The notes: a model not told the origin generated them from the letters alone. A stretch of 64,000 nucleotides of DNA from Promethearchaeota archaeon (GCA_048939015.1 JBHLPW010000010.1:25086-89085); one strand, 5' to 3'; shown: positions 9,152 through 19,378, numbered from the stretch's first letter. A program made the numbers and translations.

Positions 9152-12100
9152 TTACGAAGGACGTTTTGTTAAGATTTTTCCTTTCTTCTTCAAAACATAT
9201 ATAACCACGACAGCTCCGACAGCTGCTGGGATACCTATTGCTAAAGCTAGTATTGCAGCATCACTGAGAGGTGGTGTATATGAAGCTTTCACATCACTAG
9301 TCGTAAGTTGTATGGTATCATATTGGCTAAGTGAAAGATAAAAAGTGACGTTGTCAAGTGATGATGAGACTTCAAATAGGAGTGTAAAATGACTAGAGAA
9401 TACACCAAATTCATATGTATAATTATAGTCAACATTCGTAGGATATATCATTCTAAATTCAGAATTAGGTCCAGTGTTGTCAATCCAAGGAAGATCTTGG
9501 AGAATATAAAGATCATAATCACCTGTACCTAATCCTTGTACTGTAGCAACCAATTGTGTCCATTGATAAGGTTCTCCAATACATTCGAGAGCAAAGTAAC
9601 TTTCACCACCATATGGAAGAAGGCTTTCTGTATGGTTATATTCCGTGACTAGTCCATAAGGATAGACTGTTCCAGTTATATTTGAATATCCAGATAAAGT
9701 AAAGTTTGTTATATCTCTGGCATGAAGATTTACATCAGGAGTTAAAGTTTCAATGTCGTAGGTTGCATGATGCCCATAACTCCAGTAATTTTCAACAGCA
9801 AACTGAACTGATACTGACCCTGGAGTTGTCCATAGTTCTGGAATTATTATTAATTTATAGGTTCCCCCTTCAAAACCAACAGTCATTGGATCACCTCCCC
9901 TAATCATCGTGGAATCCCAATCATCAAAATCACTTATATCAGCATCCATACCAACGATAAGATTTGCAGGATCAGTTGGTTGAGTTATACCCGATGGGCC
10001 CCAATAATCAGCGTATTCAAATCCGGATTCTCCTATTAACCAATATTGTAGGTCCCCTACCAGAGTTGCATTTAATAATGTTAATTCTTGTATTACAGGT
10101 ACAGTAGTGTAACTAGTAGTAATACAATCTATTCTCATCCAGAAATAGTCGTTTTCATCTATATTCGGATCTATATCAATACCACCAGTTCCCCTTATCC
10201 AGTCATCAAAATCAGTGCCAGAATCACCCAACACATCAAATTCCACTGTACCATCTGTAGTAAGGAAACTAGTACCGTCACTTTCCCAATCAAGAGAAGG
10301 CCATCCACCATCATAGATATCAAACTCCATATTTCCACCAACTCCAGGAACTGAAAAATCAAATGTCATACCTGTCCATACATTTGGGGCACCAATATAT
10401 AAATAATCATTTAATGTGGAAGATCCATCAAGTGAAAAAACAGGTTGAGGATAACCATAGCTATAGAATTCTGAGTCTGTACTATTATACAAATAGAGAT
10501 ACATAGGCGAAAATGATGTATTTAATCCAGGATTATCAGAAAGCCAGATACTCGTATTCAATCTGAATTGTCCAATATCTGGAATCTCAATATCAAGTCC
10601 TACAGGATCCTTAAGACCTCCGAAGACTGAATCTGGTTCAAAATCAACAGTTACAAAATCTGTAGGTGATGTTTGAGGATATATTAAATCGTTTACTGGG
10701 ACAGATTCATCAGAACATTCATATACTTGCGAACTAACCTTAAAGAGACCATTTGCAAAAGGATTGGTATTTTTAATGACCCCTATATAAGTTCCAGCTG
10801 GCATGTAATGCCAACGCAAATCAGTTGAATCCACTGTTCTTGTCATTATAGCAGTATTTATGTCATAACACACAAAATTCTTTGAGTCTCTATAAATATA
10901 GGCGTTTGCGGATCCTAAAGAATTCAATGCTGGTGCTCCAGTAGGATTGGGTAAACTAGTATAATTAAATCGTACGATTGAATCCTTTCGAACTGTAAAT
11001 TGTATTGTTTTAGCCTCATCCATAGAGATGCTAAATAGGGTTGTATCACCGAGTGTATACTTTTCATTACTCGCTTTAGTTAAGAATAATGTATATCTAT
11101 ACCAGTCACCAAAGTCTATATCTGTTAAAGATACATATGCATAATCTGTTTTAGCAAAATATATCTCATGAGCACCAGTACCAACATTATTGGCTAAAAT
11201 ATAGCCATTTGCGCATGGAGACCAAATGTCTATTGTAGGAGTAAATCCAGTTGAAAATTCTTCATAAATCTCTAAATTAAACACTTCTCCCTTTTTTCCG
11301 TAAATTTTAAACCATTGTGATTGCCAATTAGCGATCTTAGTTACATCAAGAGTTCCATAATCATCAAAATTCCCTCCATATCTTACAGAACCTGAAGGTA
11401 AAGAAGAAATATCAAGACTTAAAAACTCCATGTTTAAAGTCGCAGGATCAGCATAACCAACTACAACAACTATTAAGCGATAAGCACCTATTTCATTTGC
11501 AGAAAATAAGATATAATCATAAAGAGGATTAACTCCCATGAAATCTGCTTCTGCATCATAGCAATTGACAATCTTCCCTGAAGGTGAACTTAAGAAGTAC
11601 ATATATGAGATAGATCCCGGTGTAGGTGTTATCCAATCTACTTTTAAAGCTTTTGGACCTCTACTCTTAACTATTAAATCCACTTGCATTGGATGATCAT
11701 AATTGAAGGGTTGAGAAAAGCTTCCTCCTTCTTCCATTGCAAAATAATCAAAGACCGTACTTACAGTAAAAGGTGATAATGTTTCAGCTTCAGCATTATA
11801 CGCAGAAATGTTTAACCAACTAACATCATTCCATGGATCGATCTCATCATTCGAAGACATACTGCCTATACCATAGTGAGCTAAATCTGTAGGATAATAT
11901 AATGAAATGTCTTCACCAGGATAGTTGATAATTTCTTCTGCAAGAGGAGGTAAATTTCCTAGCCAATCGGTCACTGTAAACTTACCTTGATTTTTTCCAT
12001 CAAGATATAAAGCCCCTATTGTATTAGGAGATGGAATTAATGCACCATAGGCTTCGGGACCCAATGGATCTTCTTTATCAAGATCAAAAACAGCATTCTC

Positions 12101-12208
12101 TTGCATGGTTGCTGCTAATACATTAGAGATCGCAAATATGTTAAATAGAAGAAAAACCACTAATATACATCCTATCGCTATTTTTTTATTTTTTAGCGTA
12201 GATTTCAT
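9152..12208 (-). CDS. Large secreted cell-surface (glyco)protein with C-terminal membrane anchor
   Basis: Signal peptide (KKIAIGCILVVFLL...VLA), acidic beta-rich body with several NxS/T sequons, C-terminal TM helix followed by KKKGK. Confidence 0.75.
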   Translation of the reverse strand: MKSTLKNKKIAIGCILVVFLLFNIFAISNVLAATMQENAVFDLDKEDPLGPEAYGALIPSPNTIGALYLDGKNQGKFTVTDWLGNLPPLAEEIINYPGEDISLYYPTDLAHYGIGSMSSNDEIDPWNDVSWLNISAYNAEAETLSPFTVSTVFDYFAMEEGGSFSQPFNYDHPMQVDLIVKSRGPKALKVDWITPTPGSISYMYFLSSPSGKIVNCYDAEADFMGVNPLYDYILFSANEIGAYRLIVVVVGYADPATLNMEFLSLDISSLPSGSVRYGGNFDDYGTLDVTKIANWQSQWFKIYGKKGEVFNLEIYEEFSTGFTPTIDIWSPCANGYILANNVGTGAHEIYFAKTDYAYVSLTDIDFGDWYRYTLFLTKASNEKYTLGDTTLFSISMDEAKTIQFTVRKDSIVRFNYTSLPNPTGAPALNSLGSANAYIYRDSKNFVCYDINTAIMTRTVDSTDLRWHYMPAGTYIGVIKNTNPFANGLFKVSSQVYECSDESVPVNDLIYPQTSPTDFVTVDFEPDSVFGGLKDPVGLDIEIPDIGQFRLNTSIWLSDNPGLNTSFSPMYLYLYNSTDSEFYSYGYPQPVFSLDGSSTLNDYLYIGAPNVWTGMTFDFSVPGVGGNMEFDIYDGGWPSLDWESDGTSFLTTDGTVEFDVLGDSGTDFDDWIRGTGGIDIDPNIDENDYFWMRIDCITTSYTTVPVIQELTLLNATLVGDLQYWLIGESGFEYADYWGPSGITQPTDPANLIVGMDADISDFDDWDSTMIRGGDPMTVGFEGGTYKLIIIPELWTTPGSVSVQFAVENYWSYGHHATYDIETLTPDVNLHARDITNFTLSGYSNITGTVYPYGLVTEYNHTESLLPYGGESYFALECIGEPYQWTQLVATVQGLGTGDYDLYILQDLPWIDNTGPNSEFRMIYPTNVDYNYTYEFGVFSSHFTLLFEVSSSLDNVTFYLSLSQYDTIQLTTSDVKASYTPPLSDAAILALAIGIPAAVGAVVVIYVLKKKGKILTKRPS

Positions 12209-12421
12209 TTTGTTTCATTTTTTTTTTAAATTGAGGATCAATAAAATGATCTGTAAGCCAACACATGATTATACGATTATATAAATTTGATTTCTTTTTT
12301 CTTTAATAAAATGTCAAAACGTAATACAACTTTTATTATCACCTAAATTTATTTATTCGAACTGTTCTTATAGCATCAAATTTATTTAATAAGAAGTAAT
12401 AAAATTACATAGGATAATCTT

Positions 12422-12937
12422 ATGTCAAGCGAAGATTCTGATAAACACTATATTCCTTTTGTGGGACTTCTTGAAGATTATGTAGGACGTTCTCCTTGGG
12501 ATTATTATAGTTGGGGACATCTTGCTTTTGGGATCGCTTCTTTTTCTCTATTTTCATTAATCATTACCTTATGGGAACTTATTACTGGCCCGGCTCCAGT
12601 TCCATGGTACTCTATCCTCATATTTGTTCTTGTTGTTGGTATAATTTGGGAAATATTTGAAAATACTATTCTATGGAGATTAGGATTAAAATATGAAAAT
12701 AGGAAGGATTCTCTAATTAATGCTTTATTTGATATATTCTTTGTATTTGTTGGTGGAATCGCAGCTTGGTTAATGAAATGGATAATTATGGATGTTATGG
12801 GTAAACTAGGACGATGGTTTTATATATCAGCATTAATAATGTTTATGATTGTTTTAATTGCTTATTTTATTGGCTTTTATATTACAAATGAAACAACTAA
12901 AAAAGCAAGAAAGGAACTAGGGAAAGTGATAAGCTAA
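12422..12937 (+). CDS. Small integral membrane protein (about 4 TM) with intramembrane H/E/D residues
   Basis: Hydrophobic helices with DYYSWGH, WEIFEN and DSLINALFD motifs. Confidence 0.65.
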   Translation: MSSEDSDKHYIPFVGLLEDYVGRSPWDYYSWGHLAFGIASFSLFSLIITLWELITGPAPVPWYSILIFVLVVGIIWEIFENTILWRLGLKYENRKDSLINALFDIFFVFVGGIAAWLMKWIIMDVMGKLGRWFYISALIMFMIVLIAYFIGFYITNETTKKARKELGKVIS

Positions 12938-12992
12938 TAATCTTTTATAAAAATTCAAAAACCTTTTTTTTTTCAAAATTCTGGATTTCTTA

Positions 12993-13775
12993 TTATTTAG
13001 TATTTTCTAGTGCAAATAAAGCAGCTCCTATCGCTCCTATCAATTGTGGATAGGGAGGTATTAAAATTTCAGCATTTACTTCATTCTTTAAAATTTCTGC
13101 AATTATTGGATTATAGGCTATTAATCCTCCTGTAAGGACTAAAGTACCTTCTAATTCTGTCATTTCTATTATTCTTCTTATTACGGAACCAAAAGCGCTT
13201 TTGATCAAATCTTCAACTTTTTCTCCATTTTTTATACGTGTAAGAATTTCTGTTTTAGCAAAAACAGTACAAAAACTTGCTAAAGGAACATTGGACGTAG
13301 ATTTGGTTGCTAATGAGTTTAGATCATTCAAAGAAAGATCGAGGCGATATGCAATTTCCTCAATGAATGCTCCTGTTCCAGCAGCACACTTTCTATTCAT
13401 CTTGAACCTTACTATTTTACCGCTTTCATTAAGTTTTATAACTTTTGTATCCTGTCCTCCAATATCAATAATAGTAATTATTTTAGGAAAATAGTGGTAA
13501 GCTCCTCTAGCATGGCAACTGATTTCAGTTTTATTGGTTTCAGCGAAATAAACTTTATTTTTTCCATAACCCGTAGCAGTTATCTGCTTTATAGAAGATT
13601 TAGATAATGAAATATTAGAAAGGGCATTTTCAAAAACGAATTTACTTGAATCTTCTATTGATGTACCAGTGCGTTTAACAAATGAGCTTATAACCTCTTT
13701 GTTAGAATTTAGTATGGCGCACTTTACATATGAAGTGCCTACATCAATACCTACAAAGTATTTTCCATCAGACAT
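12993..13775 (-). CDS. 2-hydroxyacyl-CoA dehydratase activator (HgdC/BadG/BcrAD-type ASKHA ATPase)
   Basis: GIDVGT, ATGYG, EISCHARG, IDIGGQDTK, MNRKCAAGTG, SFCTVFA motifs. Confidence 0.9.
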   Translation of the reverse strand: MSDGKYFVGIDVGTSYVKCAILNSNKEVISSFVKRTGTSIEDSSKFVFENALSNISLSKSSIKQITATGYGKNKVYFAETNKTEISCHARGAYHYFPKIITIIDIGGQDTKVIKLNESGKIVRFKMNRKCAAGTGAFIEEIAYRLDLSLNDLNSLATKSTSNVPLASFCTVFAKTEILTRIKNGEKVEDLIKSAFGSVIRRIIEMTELEGTLVLTGGLIAYNPIIAEILKNEVNAEILIPPYPQLIGAIGAALFALENTK

Positions 13776-13800
13776 AATTTTGAAGCAATCGAATTAAAAA

Positions 13801-14748
13801 TTAATCTCGATTTATTGGAGGTAGTTCACATCCTCTAATTAGAGATACAAATATTTTATTATATGGAGTCGGGATTCCTTCAAGTTCTCCATATTCTACT
13901 ATTTTTCCGTTAAGAAATCCTATTTCTGATGGATTACCTGCATCTATGTCTGCTTCCATAGATACTCTATGATGTCCTGCTTTATCTAAATAACTCATAC
14001 CTTTATTTAAGAAATCTGGTTCTAAGTTAATACCGCGTGCGTGAGCCACTTCAACTCCCTCGCGTAAAATCTCTCTACAGATTTCTCGTGTTTCTGTAAA
14101 TTCCATTGTTTGTTTCATCGTAGTTCTAGTAGTTACACAGACAGGGCTTATAGCGTTGAGAATACACTTTGTCCACTCGTACTTTTTTATATCAGGAGTA
14201 AAGATAGTATCTAATCCAGAAGAATTAATGATTTCTGCTATTTCTCTAGCTTTTTCTTCTGCATCTGAGGATATGACACCTAAATAATTTGGTGGATTAA
14301 AAAATGACATTCTAATAATACCATCCTCGATAATGTTACCAGCATAATTAACAACAATACGAATTGTATTTTCAATACCTGCATATTCTGCAATAAGTTC
14401 TTCAGTATCGAATCCATTTTGTAAACTAATCAAAGTGGTGTTTGCTTTTACAGTATTCTTAATTTGGGGTAAAATTTTATTTAGATGAGACGCCTTCACA
14501 GCAATAAATATTGTATCTAATTCCTTATTTTTCAATTCTTCTATTGAGTAGCAGATACTTTCCTTTGGAAACTTTACATTGAAATCTTTTAAGTTGGTTA
14601 AGGTTAATCCTTCTTTTTTTATCTTGTCCATATGACTTTTATTAATATCAACAAGAACTAATTTATATCCTGCTTTTGCTAGATGAGCTGCTAAAATGCC
14701 CCCTGTTGGGCCAACACCAATTATTCCAAATTTAAAATTTTCACTCAT
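13801..14748 (-). CDS. panE: Ketopantoate reductase (PanE/ApbA) family 2-oxoacid reductase
   Basis: GVGPTGG Rossmann motif, AVKA, SLQNG, WTKCILN, SMEAD, SEIGFLNG, GIPTPYN. Confidence 0.85.
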   Translation of the reverse strand: MSENFKFGIIGVGPTGGILAAHLAKAGYKLVLVDINKSHMDKIKKEGLTLTNLKDFNVKFPKESICYSIEELKNKELDTIFIAVKASHLNKILPQIKNTVKANTTLISLQNGFDTEELIAEYAGIENTIRIVVNYAGNIIEDGIIRMSFFNPPNYLGVISSDAEEKAREIAEIINSSGLDTIFTPDIKKYEWTKCILNAISPVCVTTRTTMKQTMEFTETREICREILREGVEVAHARGINLEPDFLNKGMSYLDKAGHHRVSMEADIDAGNPSEIGFLNGKIVEYGELEGIPTPYNKIFVSLIRGCELPPINRD

Positions 14749-14773
14749 TCTTAATCTCGTTTATATTCAATTT

Positions 14774-15265
14774 TTAAATCGAAACTTCTAACAATTTTTT
14801 CATTAATTCGGATAACTTTTCCGCTGCTATCCTTTTCTTTTTCAAATTGATCGTATTTGCATCTATAAACTTAAGTGCCTCTGGAATACAGAATTTTACA
14901 CATATTGGATCACCGTCACAGAGATCACATTTCAAAATTTTTCTGTTCTTATCAATTCCTACTCCACCAAGCGGACAAAACATTACACACAATTTACATC
15001 CTACACAAAGATCTTTATCAATAACGACTGCTCCTGTTTTTTCATTTCTGGTTACTGCACCCATAGGACACACTGTTTCACAGATCGGAGTTTCGCAATG
15101 TTGACATACCATTGGTACAAATAATCCAACATCTTCCCATTTTACAATATGAATTCTAGCACGTGAAGGATTACTGACTTTTTCATGATAAAGGGAACAC
15201 GCATTTTCACATAATCGACATCCAGTACATTTTTCAGGATCGACAAATAATATTTTTTGCATCAA
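14774..15265 (-). CDS. 4x[4Fe-4S] electron-transfer subunit (DmsB/AorA-like) of the AOR
   Basis: CTGCRLCENAC, CQHCETPICETVCP, CVGCKLCVMFCP, CDLCDGDPICVKFC; immediately downstream of the AOR gene. Confidence 0.88.
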   Translation of the reverse strand: MMQKILFVDPEKCTGCRLCENACSLYHEKVSNPSRARIHIVKWEDVGLFVPMVCQHCETPICETVCPMGAVTRNEKTGAVVIDKDLCVGCKLCVMFCPLGGVGIDKNRKILKCDLCDGDPICVKFCIPEALKFIDANTINLKKKRIAAEKLSELMKKLLEVSI

Positions 15266-15278
15266 TTATCCCCCAATT

Positions 15279-17168
15279 TTATATAATTTGAGTTGGTTCA
15301 TTTTCTAATTCAAGTTTTTGAAGAGTTTCTTTAGTAGGATTACCATTGCTGTCCCAACCGTGTAGATCATAATGTTCATCGAGCATCTTCTCAAATTTAG
15401 CTCTGTCTATTTTTAATCCTTTAACTCGTGGAAGACCTATAGGAGTTGGCTCTTCAAAATAGCGTTCAGGTAAGCTATCATCTTTTCTTGAAAAACCCTC
15501 TCTAATGTTAAACAAACGTTCTAGAGTGTAAATTCTCTCTCCAACTTCCATAAGGTGAGCCTCTGTAAACTGCATTCCAGATACTAAATAGATTAGTTTT
15601 GAAAATTCCTCCCACTTTGGAGCATGAACGGCTAAAAATACTGTTTGAAATTTACATGTACCAAGAGCATCTGTAACTGCATATAAAACCTCTTGCCACC
15701 AAACCATACGACTCTTTCCTTCATAAGATCTATAATCAGAAGACATTTTACCTCCATAAATTTCTTCTAAGAAATCTTCTGGTAATCCATAAAGGTCTAT
15801 AGCTGGTCTTCCTCTCAAATGATCAGCTCCTCGAGTTGATGTGGCAATCCCCAATGCTAAACTTGGAGTAGGACGTTCATCTGAATGTAAATTACTCATA
15901 CCTTTTACTTCAATAGCATAATATCTAGACTCTTCTCCTATCTTAGGAATTGCTATTTTAAATCCATCGGCAAGTATATTACCAAAACCTTCTCGATAAG
16001 TTATTTTTCTAATCAGTTCATAAAGAACTTCTTCATTACCCCACTCAAGTTTTAGTCCATCGGTCATTTTCTCATTGATGATACCTTTTTCATAGAGTTC
16101 CATTGCCCAGGCGATAAGTCCTCCAGTTTCTAATGTATCTAGCCCATACTTATTTACAAGATGGTTTGCTGTAAGAACTGTTTCCATTTTTTTACAATCA
16201 ACCATCGTTCCAAATGCTCCTAAAGAAGTGTACTCTGGACCTTCAGCAAAAATGGGAGCAAAAGAACCTTCTTTTAAAGTATATCGATGTCGACAACTTA
16301 CAGGACATCCATAGCAACCAGACATTCCAATAGTATATTTGTCCATTTCTTCTGGTTCAATATCCCAACCCTGTTCTAACTGATTTAATTGAAAGTTCCT
16401 TGTCCGAATTAATCCAGTAGTATTTGTTGTACTATAAATAATAAGAGTACCCCATTTTGACGCCGCCCTTGAATAGCGATTTTTCATAACCTTATCAATC
16501 ATTTCTTTACAGTAATCTAATAGTTCTACAGGATAGGCAAATTCAATATCCATGGTACCACGAGCGGCTATAGCTTTTAAATTTTTAGAACCCATAACAC
16601 ATCCCATACCAGTACGTCCCGCAGAATTTTTCATTCCAGTTCTTATATTAGCAAAACGCACAAGATTTTCGCCGGCTTCACCTATAACTAATGATTTGAT
16701 TTCTTCATCCCCATGATCTGAACGAATTATGTTTTGTGTTTTGAATGTATCTTTTCCCCACAGATGACTTGCGTCTAATATTTCAATTTCTCCATCATGA
16801 ATCCAAATATAACAAGGTTTCTCAGATTTTCCTTTTATCACCAAATGATCAAATCCTGCCATTCTCATTTCGGGGGCAAAGAATCCTCCAACATTTGAAT
16901 CTCCAATACCACCAGTTATTGGAGATTTTGCTGCGATGTCACATCTTCCACTTCCCATTGCCGGGATTCCTGTGAGTAGACCTGCACCTACGAGTAAAAC
17001 GTTTTCAGGACTTAAGGGATCGACTCCTGGTGAGAGGTGATTGTATAGGAGATACATATTTATACCTCTACCACCTAAGAATTGCTTTCTTATTGATTTT
17101 GGGATCTCTGTTTTTGTCACTTTTCCAGTAGATAAATCAATATACGCAATCTGTTTATTCCAAATTAT
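15279..17168 (-). CDS. aor: Tungsten-containing aldehyde:ferredoxin oxidoreductase family protein; start probably ATA at 17168 (track start is GTG at 17120)
   Basis: LGGRG, AKSPITG, GRTGMGCVMGSKNLKAI, CYGCPVSC, GPEY, GLDT, RGADH motifs; the in-frame upstream segment WNKQIAYIDLSTGK matches the usual AOR N-terminus. Confidence 0.9.
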   Translation of the reverse strand: MIWNKQIAYIDLSTGKVTKTEIPKSIRKQFLGGRGINMYLLYNHLSPGVDPLSPENVLLVGAGLLTGIPAMGSGRCDIAAKSPITGGIGDSNVGGFFAPEMRMAGFDHLVIKGKSEKPCYIWIHDGEIEILDASHLWGKDTFKTQNIIRSDHGDEEIKSLVIGEAGENLVRFANIRTGMKNSAGRTGMGCVMGSKNLKAIAARGTMDIEFAYPVELLDYCKEMIDKVMKNRYSRAASKWGTLIIYSTTNTTGLIRTRNFQLNQLEQGWDIEPEEMDKYTIGMSGCYGCPVSCRHRYTLKEGSFAPIFAEGPEYTSLGAFGTMVDCKKMETVLTANHLVNKYGLDTLETGGLIAWAMELYEKGIINEKMTDGLKLEWGNEEVLYELIRKITYREGFGNILADGFKIAIPKIGEESRYYAIEVKGMSNLHSDERPTPSLALGIATSTRGADHLRGRPAIDLYGLPEDFLEEIYGGKMSSDYRSYEGKSRMVWWQEVLYAVTDALGTCKFQTVFLAVHAPKWEEFSKLIYLVSGMQFTEAHLMEVGERIYTLERLFNIREGFSRKDDSLPERYFEEPTPIGLPRVKGLKIDRAKFEKMLDEHYDLHGWDSNGNPTKETLQKLELENEPTQII

Positions 17169-17446
17169 ATTTTTTCACCCCTACCTCTTTTTAGTGTTAT
17201 ACTGTAAATCGCTATGCTTTTAAGAGTAATGGGAATGTGTGCCCACTTATGCTACAGAATTGAACTCAGAAGTAATCTTAATACTAGTATTCACAAGCAA
17301 AATTAATAATTTTTACTTTTTATTTAAGTTATCCATTAGATTTAAATATTTCAACGAAAAGTAATAAGTAGTAAATTTCATAAAATTAATTGAATAGAAT
17401 ACGATAAAAATTATCATACCTAATTTAAAAGAAAAAATGAGTTAAT

Positions 17447-17602
17447 ATGAGTGATGAGACTAAATGTAGGTGTATGAATTGTCTTAAACGATTTCCAGTT
17501 CAACCAAATGCAAAAGAAGCTATTTGTCCTCATTGTAATATTAAATATAGAATATCTTGGCCATGGCCAGGGCAACCCAAAGTTCGAGGGTTAGCAAAAT
17601 AA
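17447..17602 (+). CDS. Small (51 aa) zinc-ribbon protein, absent from the ORF track
   Basis: ATG...TAA ORF MSDETKCRCMNCLKRFPVQPNAKEAICPHCNIKYRISWPWPGQPKVRGLAK with CxxC-x14-CPxC. Confidence 0.75.
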   Translation: MSDETKCRCMNCLKRFPVQPNAKEAICPHCNIKYRISWPWPGQPKVRGLAK

Positions 17603-17649
17603 GGTTATATTATTAGAATTACGTAATTTTTTTAAAATAATCTGATTTA

Positions 17650-18336
17650 TCATAGATTTTTAGAAATTTGCAATTTCCAAGCTCCATACGCTTGAATGAA
17701 GAAACTTACAGTCATAGCTATAACAAGAATACTTTGTCCTGCCGCAAAAATTGTTAATATTCCCTGTTCACTAGCACTAAAAGACATGATAAATAAGAAA
17801 ATAACCTGTATTATTCCAAAAACAAAATATACATAGGCATATTGGTTATGATAAGTTTTATTTTGGAGTATTGCCAAAAAATATAGAATTGTTAAGGGGA
17901 GTAAAGTAATAAAGCTTAAATATCCAAAACTGACATGAATTTGATAAAAAAGATCTGCTGGTGTAAGACTAGCACCTATCATCCCAGCTCCTACTATAAT
18001 TCCTAACGCGGAACTGGCTTTTGCTAGCCCCTTTCCTTCTCCTGTTTCTCCAAAAAGGTATGGTATTGCGATAAAAAAGGGGATTAATAGCACACCCATT
18101 AGGAATAGTGAAACGTTATATACAATACTGGAAATGAGATTTGATGCCCCCGAATGAGCAATAGTTCTACCTAAATCGCTAAATAAATTACTAAAAAACA
18201 AAAATCCGACACTATTTGTATCTGAAAAAGTCCCTCCAGGGTAAAAAAACATCGCTATACTTGTAAAGATGAGGGACTGTATGCAATTAACCATAGCTAT
18301 TATAAAGGCTATTTGCCTCCAATTTTTATTGTTCAT
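17650..18336 (-). CDS. Integral membrane protein (DUF998-like, about 6 TM); start revised to ATG at 18336
   Basis: YPGG...NLFSDLG...H motifs and hydrophobic helices; GAGGTGA RBS just upstream of ATG 18336. Confidence 0.65.
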   Translation of the reverse strand: MNNKNWRQIAFIIAMVNCIQSLIFTSIAMFFYPGGTFSDTNSVGFLFFSNLFSDLGRTIAHSGASNLISSIVYNVSLFLMGVLLIPFFIAIPYLFGETGEGKGLAKASSALGIIVGAGMIGASLTPADLFYQIHVSFGYLSFITLLPLTILYFLAILQNKTYHNQYAYVYFVFGIIQVIFLFIMSFSASEQGILTIFAAGQSILVIAMTVSFFIQAYGAWKLQISKNL

Positions 18337-19261
18337 TAAGTTCACCTCGTTTTTCTTCTTTAAATATATCAATAAATTTAGGTCCAATATTTTTAATAGC
18401 AGTTTTTATGAATGTATTTTTATCTAATTCCCCTGCTTGAAAAGCCGCAAGGCTAATCTTTATTTTCTCCCAATCTGGACCTAATTTTTCTTGTAAGAAT
18501 AATTTTAAATCCGTTTTTCTTTCAATTTCTTCTTCAATACTAATGAATTTTTCAGTAGCTTCACGTCCTTTTAAATAATACATTAAAAAATCATTATGAG
18601 AAATAATACTTAATAAACCCCCAATACCAGCAATAAATGGATCGAAAAAAAATATGGAAAAAGTAAGACCCATCCACCATGTACCAACACGAATGAAAAG
18701 CCCTGCTATAGCTAACACTCCTGCAATAAAACACAAGAATCTTCCATAAGTTCTTCCTTTTAATCCTAGTATTACTCCAACAATGCCAAGAAGGCCACAT
18801 AACCACGTATAGAAATACGATAAATAATATGCAGAAGACCAACCCATTAAGAGAAAGTAAATTGACGTAACGAATAAGATTCCACATCCTATTAATATTA
18901 AAACTGGTCCAAGCATTCCCACAGCCTCACTCCAACTTATTTGCTTACGGATTAGATCATATGCAGTCCTATCTTTTCTTTTTATTTTGGAATATGCTTT
19001 GTAAGCAACTATAACTGGCACTGCAATAAGGAAAGGTATTATGAAAAAACCCAGATAAAAAAAATAAAATAAATATATTCCAAAATAGAACATACCAATA
19101 ATTACAAAGAATGCTACTCCTCCGAGTATAGCAGGAATTCCACGCCAGTTTCTTCCTTCTTCCAAAATTTTTTTTTGAGTATATAGTGCTGCATATACGA
19201 TACTAATATAGAATGCATATAAAAGCGCAAATGGAGCAATAAAATAGGTAGGATCTATCAT
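18326..19261 (-). CDS. Multipass membrane protein with charged C-terminal cytoplasmic domain
   Basis: About 7 hydrophobic segments then a helical soluble tail; GGTGA RBS upstream. Confidence 0.65.
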   Translation of the reverse strand: MIDPTYFIAPFALLYAFYISIVYAALYTQKKILEEGRNWRGIPAILGGVAFFVIIGMFYFGIYLFYFFYLGFFIIPFLIAVPVIVAYKAYSKIKRKDRTAYDLIRKQISWSEAVGMLGPVLILIGCGILFVTSIYFLLMGWSSAYYLSYFYTWLCGLLGIVGVILGLKGRTYGRFLCFIAGVLAIAGLFIRVGTWWMGLTFSIFFFDPFIAGIGGLLSIISHNDFLMYYLKGREATEKFISIEEEIERKTDLKLFLQEKLGPDWEKIKISLAAFQAGELDKNTFIKTAIKNIGPKFIDIFKEEKRGELNEQ

Positions 19262-19378
19262 TATAATTCACCTTAGTTATTTAAGGGGTTAAATCTTAAA
19301 AAGTAGGAAACCACAAAACTGTCTATAATTAACATTAATAGTTTTGTTCCATAATAAAAATGTTTCTCTTCAAAAGTA

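Noticed and set aside
15279-17168. AOR-family gene as class II benzoyl-CoA reductase BamB
   Set aside because: It has generic AOR motifs, does not resemble BamB closely as I recall it, and no BamCDEF/Hdr-like module is adjacent; a phylogeny would be needed
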